Of a DNA stretch of 64,000 bases, positions 56,980 through 64,000 are shown in pieces; within the stretch, counting starts at the first letter, position 1, and each line of letters starts with the position of its first letter. The stretch is from NCBI GenBank assembly GCA_964482205.1, contig CAYZWI010000004.1, forward strand, positions 67,913-131,912, read 5' to 3'. This DNA comes from an uncultured bacterium. GTDB taxonomy: Bacteria; Eisenbacteria; RBG-16-71-46; CAIMUX01; WJJG01. The translations under genes were made by a program, and so were the position numbers. A model generated the notes under the pieces. It was given only the letters and a program-made list of their open reading frames with translations. It searched no databases and was not told the DNA's origin.

Positions 56980-58770
56980 CTACGCCGATTCGGACGGTTG
57001 TTCCAAGTGCGCCTTGGCGCGTTCGATCTGCAGGAACTCCCGATAGGTCGCGCATCGGGCGGACAGGTCAGCGTGCGTTCCCTCGTCCGCCAGGCGTCCG
57101 TTCTCGAGAACCAGGATGCGATCGGCCCGGCGGATCGTGGCGAGGCGATGGGAAACGAGAAACACCGTGCGCCCCGCGAAGCGAGCGTCGAGCTCCCTCC
57201 AGAAGCGATCCTCGTTGCGCGCGTCGAGAGCCGCGGTGCAATCGTCGAGGAGCAGGACTTGCGGGCGGCCGGCGAGGGCGCGCGCGATCGCGACGCGCTG
57301 CTTCTGCCCCCCGGAAACGAGGCCGCCTTTCTGGCCCACCATCGTCTCGATGCCGTCGGGCATCGACGCGAGGTCCTCGCGCATCTGCGCCGCCTCCAGG
57401 CATTCGCGCACCCACGCCTCTTCCGAGGCGGCCTCTGCGGGCACCGGGCGCCCGAAGAGGACATTCTCCGCGATCGATTGCGAAAAGAGCCCGCCTTCCT
57501 GGGGCACATAGCCGATGCGTTGGCGATAGTCCTCCCAGTCCCATTCTCGCAAATCGCGTCCGTTCACGAGCACGCGTCCTTCGGTGGGCGGCATCATGCC
57601 CGCCAACATTCGCAGCAGCGTGGACTTTCCGCTCGCCACCGGCCCGACGAGCGCGATCTTCTGCCCCGCGAGCGCGCGAAACGACACGCCTTCCAATACG
57701 CGCCGGCCATTCCCGTACGAGAAACCCAGGTTCTCGAAGGCGATTTCCCGCACCGCTCCTGCCTCGGCTTGCGCCGCCGGTCGCACGGCCGCGGGGAAGG
57801 CGCGGATCTCTTCTACGCGATCGATCGAGACGAAGGCCTGCTGCCCGGCCATGAAGAGGAACGGAATGTCCATCATCGGCTGGGTGAGAATGTCGAGATA
57901 GACATAGAAGGCGTACAGCGTCCCGATCGTCGTCTCCCCGCGCATGACCATGTAGCCGCCCACCGCGAGCACGAGCATCTGCCCGATGCGGCTCGCCGCG
58001 GTGTCGAGCGCATTCACGAAAGTCTGCAGCCGGATCAACCGGAAGAAGACGCCGACGCGCTCGCGCATCAGATCGGCGAGGCGCTTCCTCTGTCCCTCCT
58101 CGGCGCGAAAGGCCTTCACGATGCGGATGCCGGTGAAGGCCGATTCCAGCATGTCGTTGGTTTTCGAGATGGTCTGCTGGCTGGCCTTCATCGAGTCGCG
58201 GATGCGATGGCGCAACGCGTAGAAGATCCACATCATCACCGGCAGCGGAAGAACCGCGACCAGAGTGAGCTCCCATTTGAGCGTCGCCATGGCGGCCAGG
58301 CAGAAGACGAGCTTCGAGCTCGACTCCACTGCGCGAAAGACGCCCGAGCAGCCGAACCAGGCGATCTTGGGAAACTCCGCGATGTCGTCGGTCAAACGCG
58401 TGACGACATCGCCGGTGCGGAAGCGCGTCTGGAAACGATGGTCCTTGTCCATCAATCGCGCGAAGACATCTTCGCGAATGCCGATTTCGAGCCACAGGTT
58501 CACCATCGCGCGGGTCGCCGGGTAGAGGGCGGCGACGAATCGCCCGGCCATGATCGCGCCGAGCAGCAGGAACACTTGTCCCAGGGTTGCGCTGCCGGGC
58601 TGCTTGGAGGCGAGCATCTGCGAGAGGCGGTCGAGCACCCAGCGAAAGACGAGCGGATAGCCTACCGCAACCGCGGTCGAGACGAGCGTGAAGAAGAAGA
58701 GGAAGAAGAGGATGAACCGGTGCGAGCGCCAGTAACGCCAGAGCCACGCGATGCGCGCGCGGGTGCCCAT
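56980..58770 (-). CDS. ABC exporter fused permease/ATP-binding protein (heterodimer partner 1)
   Basis: Six-TM domain, Walker A GPVASGKST, LSGGQKQR signature and Walker B LLLDD. The start is at MGTRARIAWLW. The upstream part of the 775 aa ORF is an overlap artefact. Confidence 0.85.
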   Translation of the reverse strand: MGTRARIAWLWRYWRSHRFILFFLFFFTLVSTAVAVGYPLVFRWVLDRLSQMLASKQPGSATLGQVFLLLGAIMAGRFVAALYPATRAMVNLWLEIGIREDVFARLMDKDHRFQTRFRTGDVVTRLTDDIAEFPKIAWFGCSGVFRAVESSSKLVFCLAAMATLKWELTLVAVLPLPVMMWIFYALRHRIRDSMKASQQTISKTNDMLESAFTGIRIVKAFRAEEGQRKRLADLMRERVGVFFRLIRLQTFVNALDTAASRIGQMLVLAVGGYMVMRGETTIGTLYAFYVYLDILTQPMMDIPFLFMAGQQAFVSIDRVEEIRAFPAAVRPAAQAEAGAVREIAFENLGFSYGNGRRVLEGVSFRALAGQKIALVGPVASGKSTLLRMLAGMMPPTEGRVLVNGRDLREWDWEDYRQRIGYVPQEGGLFSQSIAENVLFGRPVPAEAASEEAWVRECLEAAQMREDLASMPDGIETMVGQKGGLVSGGQKQRVAIARALAGRPQVLLLDDCTAALDARNEDRFWRELDARFAGRTVFLVSHRLATIRRADRILVLENGRLADEGTHADLSARCATYREFLQIERAKAHLEQPSESA

Positions 58771-58843
58771 CTCGGGCGCGGGCGAGCCGGCCGCCGGTGT
58801 GCCGCCGGTCGGCTCGCTCGAAGATGTGGACCCGGCCGCCACG

Positions 58844-60643
58844 CTATGCCTCCCGCTGCGCCGCAAATTGAAGATCGAAGAGATCGCGATAGATGCCGCC
58901 CCGCGCGTAGAGCTGCGCGTGACTGCCCTCTTCCACCAGCCGGCCCTGATGAAGCACCAGGATGCGGTCGGCGCTCGTGATCGTGGCCAGACGATGGGCG
59001 ACGATGAGCGATGTGCGCCCGGCGAGCAGCGCGTCGAGCGAGCGCTGCAGCCGCGCTTCGGTGACGGGATCGACCGCGGAGGTCGCCTCATCCAGCACGA
59101 GGACATCGGGATCGTCGACCACCGCGCGCGCGAAGCAGAGCAATTGCCGCTCGCCCATCGAGAGGTTGCCGCCGCCTTCCGCCACTTCGGTGGCATAGCC
59201 GTCGGGCAGGCGCGCGAGCAGCTCCTCGGCTTGCACCACGCGCAACGCGCGATCGAGCGCGGCCTGTGGAACGCGCTCGCGCAGGACGCGCAGATTCTCG
59301 CCCACATTGCCGGGGAAGAGATGGATGTCCTGCAACACCAGGCCGATCTTCGAACGCCAGCTTCGCTGCAGGTAGTCCCGGATGTCGACGCCGTCGATCG
59401 TGACCCGCCCCACGGTCGGCTCGTAGTAGCGAAGGAGCAGATTGGTCACGGTCGTCTTGCCGCCGCCCGAAAGCCCGACCAGCGCGACCTTCTCGCCGCG
59501 GCGTACGCGAAAGCTGACTTCCTCGAGCGCCTTGGCGCCGCCGTCGTATTGAAAGCTCACTTGCTCGAAGGCGATCTCTTTCCAGTCGCCCGGGATCGTC
59601 TCCCGCGCGCCCGGCCGGTCCGGCGTGCGCGACGGCGTGTCGAGCACTTCGAAGACGCGATCGGCGGAAGCGAAGGCGCGCTGGATGAAGTCGAGCTGCT
59701 CAGAGAAGAGGATCAGCGGCCAGAAGAGCCGGCGGGTGTATTCGATGAAGAGCACCAGCGTGCCGACCGTCATCGCCTCGTCGAAGACCTGGCGCGCGCC
59801 CACATAGATGATCGTCATCACCGCCGCGATCTCGGCCGCGCTGAAAGCCGCCCAGAAGACATACTCGACATAATAGAGGCGCACCTCGCGCGAGTACTTG
59901 TCCTTGTTGCACCGCATGAGCTGGAGCTTCGCCTGCTCGGCGTAGCCGAAGATCTGGAGGATGGGAATGCCCTGCACATACTCGACCAGGAACGAAGAGA
60001 TGCGCGCGTACAGCGAGCGCACCGCGCGCGATGCGCGCCGGATGTACTTCAGGAAGAAGTAGGTGGCGATGAGCAGCGGGGTCATGAGCGCGAGCACCGC
60101 CAGGGCCACGCGCGAATCGGCGAGAAACATCACCGTGAAAGTGCCGAGAAAGAGGATCGCGTTTCGCAGGAGCGCGATCGCGACATCGGAGAAGAGCATC
60201 ATCAGGCGCTCGACATCGCTCTCGGTGCGGGCGAGCAGGCGCCCGGGCGGGTTCTTGTCGAAGTAGGCGAGCGACAGGCTCAGCAAGTGCGCGAACACGC
60301 GTTGGCGCAGGCCGGTCACGATCCGCAGGCCCGAGCGCGCGACGAGCACGATCTGCGCGTAGGCCGCCCCCATGCCGACGGCGAAGAGCAGCACATACGC
60401 GAGCGCGCGGATGAGCAGCCCGCGCGCGTCGCCGTTGGGGATGTCCTTGTCGAGCAGGTGGCGCACAATCAGCGGCCCACCCAGTTCGGCGGCGACCGAG
60501 ACGAGAAGGAACAGCGCCGCGAGCGCGATCGCGAACCGATAGGGATGGAACAAGGGCAGGATGCGCCGGAGCATCTCCGCGAGCGGGAGATGCCGTCCCT
60601 CGGGCTCACCTTCGAGCCGCTGTTCGTCGATTTCGTACCACAT
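58844..60643 (-). CDS. ABC exporter fused permease/ATP-binding protein (heterodimer partner 2)
   Basis: Walker A GLSGGGKTT, signature LSMGERQL and Walker B LVLDEATSAVD. Confidence 0.85.
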   Translation of the reverse strand: MWYEIDEQRLEGEPEGRHLPLAEMLRRILPLFHPYRFAIALAALFLLVSVAAELGGPLIVRHLLDKDIPNGDARGLLIRALAYVLLFAVGMGAAYAQIVLVARSGLRIVTGLRQRVFAHLLSLSLAYFDKNPPGRLLARTESDVERLMMLFSDVAIALLRNAILFLGTFTVMFLADSRVALAVLALMTPLLIATYFFLKYIRRASRAVRSLYARISSFLVEYVQGIPILQIFGYAEQAKLQLMRCNKDKYSREVRLYYVEYVFWAAFSAAEIAAVMTIIYVGARQVFDEAMTVGTLVLFIEYTRRLFWPLILFSEQLDFIQRAFASADRVFEVLDTPSRTPDRPGARETIPGDWKEIAFEQVSFQYDGGAKALEEVSFRVRRGEKVALVGLSGGGKTTVTNLLLRYYEPTVGRVTIDGVDIRDYLQRSWRSKIGLVLQDIHLFPGNVGENLRVLRERVPQAALDRALRVVQAEELLARLPDGYATEVAEGGGNLSMGERQLLCFARAVVDDPDVLVLDEATSAVDPVTEARLQRSLDALLAGRTSLIVAHRLATITSADRILVLHQGRLVEEGSHAQLYARGGIYRDLFDLQFAAQREA

Positions 60644-60693
60644 GGATGGCCGATGCCCGCGAGGGCTTTAGCGCGTGTCTTGCGCGCGCGCCG

Positions 60694-61731
60694 TCAAATG
60701 CAAGCGGCCAGGTCACGCTCGCGCCGCGCCTGCGCAAACGCCTGCGCAAGCGCGAGCGAATGGGCTTCCGCGAGCGAGCCGTCGATCGGAATGGCGAAGG
60801 CTCGCGCCTCGGACACTTCATTCCTCGTCACCCGCAAATCGACCCGGCCCAGATAGAGGCCCGCGAAACCGACCTGGTAGATCAGCGTCTCGCGCTCGCC
60901 GTTGGGCACGTGGCTGGGCGCGTTCATGAAGGTGTGGCTGTGCCCGCCGACGATGAAATCGATTCCCGGCGCCGACGCGGCCAGCTCTTCGTCTCCCGGA
61001 GCTCCCGCATAGCCCTTCAATCCGAGATGCGAAAGGCAGATGACGACGGGACAACGCTCCTCGACGCGCAGCCGCTCGATCATGCGACGGGCCACGGCGA
61101 CCGGCTCTTCGTAGCCGACGCGCAACCGCAACTTCGGCGACACCAATCCTTCCAGTCCGACGCCGATCCCGAAGATGCCCACTCGAACGCCGGACAGCTC
61201 GCGCACGATGCAGGGTTTCACCCGTTCTCTCAGCACAGTGTTCGAGAAATCGTAGTTGGCGTTCAGAAGCTCGAAGTCCGCGAACTGCGCGGCATTCGCC
61301 AGCCCCTCCAGCCCTCCGTCGAAGTCGTGATTGCCGATGTTCAGCGCGTCGTATCCCAGGGCGGACATGACGCGGAAATCGACCTCGCCCTTGAAGAGAT
61401 TGAAGTACGGCGTCCCCTGGAACGCATCTCCCGCATCCAGCACGAGCGTGTTCGGGTTCTCGGCGCGGATCGCCCGGATCAGGGTCGCCCGGCGCGCGGC
61501 CCCGCCTTTTCCGGCGTTCCGGCTTCCATCCTCGGGAAACGGATCGATGCGCGAATGGACATCATTCGTGTGCAGAATCGTGATGAGCGTGCCGGCCTCG
61601 CCCTGGGCGGCCTCCTTTCCCTGGGCAAGGGTGTCGCCGATCCATCCGTGCGATCCCCCCAAGAGACTCCCTAGCCCAACCGAGGCCAATCCGGCTCCGC
61701 TTCTTCGAAAGAATTCCCGTCGTGTGATCAT
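60694..61731 (-). CDS. 5'-nucleotidase/metallophosphoesterase N-terminal catalytic domain protein (Tat signal)
   Basis: RREFFRRSGAG Tat motif, and the calcineurin-like motifs ILHTNDVHS, GDAFQG, GNHDFD, GGHSH. Confidence 0.8.
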   Translation of the reverse strand: MITRREFFRRSGAGLASVGLGSLLGGSHGWIGDTLAQGKEAAQGEAGTLITILHTNDVHSRIDPFPEDGSRNAGKGGAARRATLIRAIRAENPNTLVLDAGDAFQGTPYFNLFKGEVDFRVMSALGYDALNIGNHDFDGGLEGLANAAQFADFELLNANYDFSNTVLRERVKPCIVRELSGVRVGIFGIGVGLEGLVSPKLRLRVGYEEPVAVARRMIERLRVEERCPVVICLSHLGLKGYAGAPGDEELAASAPGIDFIVGGHSHTFMNAPSHVPNGERETLIYQVGFAGLYLGRVDLRVTRNEVSEARAFAIPIDGSLAEAHSLALAQAFAQARRERDLAACI

Positions 61732-61765
61732 CGGCTGCTCCCGAATGCGTGAAGACTTTTCCCAC

Positions 61766-62554
61766 CTATTGCGCGATGCGTTTCATTTCAGGCACGGGAA
61801 TGGTCCCCGGCTCATCGGCCGTTCCCCCGGCCCCATATGCGCGCAGGCCGTCGATCAACGCGTCGCGAATCGCGATGCCCGTCGGAATCGTCTCTTGGGC
61901 CTCCCACAGCATCGCCATGGCGCCGCCGCCGCCCGACAAGTAATCGCTGGTGGCGATGAAGTAGTCGCGATCCGTGAGCGATCCGCCCGCCACCTGCAGA
62001 TCTTGCGCGCGCTTTCCGGAGATGCGGAAGCCGAAGCCCGCGATCGGCTCGCCGCCGGCGCCGGCGATTTGGTCCGCGAGGGCCTGCATCTGCTCCCGGT
62101 TGAAGCGCAAGACGACGATCTCGTTGTCGAAGGGCATGACTTCATAGATGTCGCCGAGCGTGATCCGCCCCACCGCAAGGCCGCGCCGCAGCCCGCCGTT
62201 GTTGAGGACGCATCCGTCCACCGGCAAGCCCGTCGCCGCGCGTGCCCGGGCGAGAACGAGATCGCAGGCCAGCGCGCCCAGCAGGCCTTCGGGCTCCCCG
62301 CGTTCCATCGGCACGGAGGAAAAGGCGAGCGTCTCGCTCATCTTCTGCGAGACCGCTTCCCGATAGGGCGCGATCAATTCAGCGACGGCCGGATCGTCGG
62401 GCAGGTCCTTGTCGATCGAGGTGCGCGTCCCTTGGCTGGAGACCCGGACCTCCATCGCCCGCCCGTGCCCGGCGCAATCCAGCAACGCGAGAGCGGCGGC
62501 CAGGACGATCAGGATCATCGAGGCGGGCCACCCTGGTCGCGTGCTCTCTTCCAT
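61766..62554 (-). CDS. 5'-nucleotidase C-terminal (substrate-binding) domain protein, encoded separately and upstream of the catalytic domain gene
   Basis: Own signal peptide (MILIVLAAALALL..). ..GGLRRGLAVGRITLGDIYEVMPFDNEIVVL..DYLSGGG 5_nucleotid_C-like. Confidence 0.65.
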   Translation of the reverse strand: MEESTRPGWPASMILIVLAAALALLDCAGHGRAMEVRVSSQGTRTSIDKDLPDDPAVAELIAPYREAVSQKMSETLAFSSVPMERGEPEGLLGALACDLVLARARAATGLPVDGCVLNNGGLRRGLAVGRITLGDIYEVMPFDNEIVVLRFNREQMQALADQIAGAGGEPIAGFGFRISGKRAQDLQVAGGSLTDRDYFIATSDYLSGGGGAMAMLWEAQETIPTGIAIRDALIDGLRAYGAGGTADEPGTIPVPEMKRIAQ

Positions 62555-62910
62555 CTGCTGTCGATCCGCTCCGGCCAGCCTGCCATGCCGCCGGAACGGC
62601 CACGAAATGCGCGCTCGGTGGATCATCGCGCGGATGCCTCCCCTCGGGTACTGCCCGCTTCTCCTTCTCTGTGACCCGGGGAGAGTAGCCCCAATCCGCG
62701 GGAAATTCATCCCATCGTGGGCGGTCGCTGATCGAAGTGTGGATGAGCCTTTGTACCGGCACGCCATGGGACGCGGTCGAAGTTTGCAGGCCCTTCCCCG
62801 ATGCGCTACCATCCACATTTTTGAAGCGAAGCCGCCGACATGAGCCCGAAGGCGGGCTTGGATTTTCGCGGTTTGACCCCTGCCCATGCGAAGGAGACGA
62901 AGCAAGTCAG

Positions 62911-63726
62911 ATGCTCGAGTTTCGCAGCCTGAGAAGCGGAAGCAGCGGCAATCTGCTCCTGATCGAGAGCCGCTCGGGGCGCCGGCCCACCCGCGTGCTC
63001 ATCGATTGCGGCATCAACTCTCAGCGCGAGTGCGCGCGCATCCTGGACGAGGAAGTGGGCAGCGACGGGCCCATCGACGGCGTCGTCGTCTCGCATGCGC
63101 ATTGCGATCACATCAACTACTCGGCTCTGCGGGTCCTCGGACGGCGGGGCGTTCCGGTGTACGCGCATCGCCGGACCAAACCGGAGATCGAATCGCGCTG
63201 CTGGAACCCCTATCGCGTGCCGGAGAGCGTGGACCCGGGCGAAGTCCTCTTCCGTTGCTTCTCGGACGACGACTTCGAGATCGGCGCCTTTCGCTTCCGG
63301 CCCATTCCGGTTCCCCATGCGCCGGGGATCACGACCCACGCCTTCCTGATCGAGCGCGGCCGCCAGCGCGTGCTGTGGGCCAGCGACTTGAGCGATCCCG
63401 AGGCGCTCCTGCCGCACATTTACGACTGCGATTTCGTCTATCTGGAATCGAATCACGATCTCGAACTCCTGCGACTGCACTTCAATCCCGCGTCGCTCTT
63501 CCACCTCTCCAATCCCGCCGCCGGCCTGCTTCTGCGCCACACGCTCGCCGAGAGCCGCCGGCTTCCGCGCGCGGTCATGCTCGCCCACCTGAGCGAGGAT
63601 CGAAACCGCCCGCAGCTTGCGCTTCGGACCGTGCGCGATGCCTTGGGCGCGGAGCTGGCGGAACGGGTGCCTCTGATCGCCGCGCCGCGCTATGGGCCTT
63701 CGGAGACGATCGTGGTCGCGCAATGA
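62911..63726 (+). CDS. MBL-fold metallo-hydrolase (YycJ/PhnP-like)
   Basis: VLIDCG..VVVSHAHCDHI..PVPHAPGI.. Confidence 0.7.
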   Translation: MLEFRSLRSGSSGNLLLIESRSGRRPTRVLIDCGINSQRECARILDEEVGSDGPIDGVVVSHAHCDHINYSALRVLGRRGVPVYAHRRTKPEIESRCWNPYRVPESVDPGEVLFRCFSDDDFEIGAFRFRPIPVPHAPGITTHAFLIERGRQRVLWASDLSDPEALLPHIYDCDFVYLESNHDLELLRLHFNPASLFHLSNPAAGLLLRHTLAESRRLPRAVMLAHLSEDRNRPQLALRTVRDALGAELAERVPLIAAPRYGPSETIVVAQ

Positions 63727-63827
63727 TCGCCGAGGCCTTTGTCCCCGCTTGACTCTTCCGGCTCGCGGCTCGTATCGTCCCGTTCCTGTCGCCCGATCGA
63801 CGAAGGCGCAACCAAAGCGGAGCAATC

Positions 63828-64000
63828 GATGAGCCTCTTTCCAATGACGACGCCGGCCCGGGAGATGAGCGTGATCGGTTCGGAAGGACCGGCCGCGTCC
63901 ACAGCCCAGATTCGCACCCCCATGTCGAAGAGCGCCGATCGCTTCGAGCTCTACGAACGCGCGGTTCAGCATCCGCCCGCGGATGTGCACTTCATGACCC
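63828..64000 (+). CDS. Hypothetical protein, 5' partial (continues past the window end)
   Basis: ATG at 63828. MSLFPMTTPAREMSVIGSEGP..RFELYERAVQHPPADVHFMT. Confidence 0.3.

Noticed and set aside
56980-59307. The 5' 179 codons of the 775 aa ABC ORF
   Set aside because: They read through the upstream ABC gene in another frame. The true start is the Met at 58770 preceding the first TM helix.
56800-60856. Plus-strand ORFs 56800-58980 and 58751-60856
   Set aside because: They are antisense to the two ABC exporter genes, which have complete Walker A, Walker B and signature motifs.
1-64000. CRISPR arrays, rRNA genes and IS/transposase genes
   Set aside because: There are no regularly spaced direct repeats of 24-40 bp, no rRNA-like conserved stretches and no DDE or HTH transposase ORFs. 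The only repeats are the short intragenic or intergenic tandem repeats listed as features.

Overview
This is a 64 kb chromosomal segment of a high-GC (roughly 65-70%) bacterium. From gene content it is probably an uncultivated anaerobe: it has an LVIVD-repeat protein with a FlgD-Ig/T9SS-type C-terminal sorting domain, a bacillithiol pathway and a PerR-type peroxide regulon. I found no rRNA, tRNA, CRISPR or transposase. About 55 protein genes can be supported. The high GC produces many long spurious ORFs on other frames and on the antisense strand, and I rejected these.

The main blocks, in order:
- An Ada-like regulator cut by the window edge, a CoA-binding protein, an ICMT-family methyltransferase and a large spermidine-synthase-like fusion protein.
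- An LVIVD beta-propeller protein and other secreted proteins.
- A SAM methyltransferase translationally coupled to a Zn-ribbon NUDIX fusion.
- iorB/iorA (indolepyruvate:ferredoxin oxidoreductase), running directly into a compact anaerobic oxidative-stress island. This contains rubrerythrin-like protein, rubredoxin (an unlisted 53 aa gene), flavodiiron protein, rubrerythrin and PerR on one strand, and desulfoferrodoxin, an erythrin-like protein and ferritin on the other, around a Fur/PerR-box-like palindrome.
- A mannoside-utilisation locus: manA, a degenerate hybrid histidine-kinase/receiver protein, an RbsB/A/C-like ABC transporter, and a 1352 aa GH38 alpha-mannosidase with CHB_HEX_C and PA14 tails.
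- Two tandem paralogous Cys-rich beta-helix secreted proteins that share a roughly 250 bp duplicated 3' segment and end in a TTWGxxKALF motif. A third unrelated secreted protein has the same tail. This is the most unusual feature in the window.
- A methyltransferase, a DUF255 remnant, a second methyltransferase, then bshC-bshB-bshA and a glyoxalase-II-like hydrolase, followed by ltaE and dsbD.
- A membrane protein and a sulfatase-like transferase.
- A low-GC 1 kb islet carrying a small lipoprotein.
- Beta-oxidation genes (a thiolase-family gene and an hbd-like gene).
- A second low-GC islet carrying an SDH-family Clp-fold serine protease.
- A hemerythrin, a heterodimeric ABC exporter, a split 5'-nucleotidase and an MBL hydrolase.
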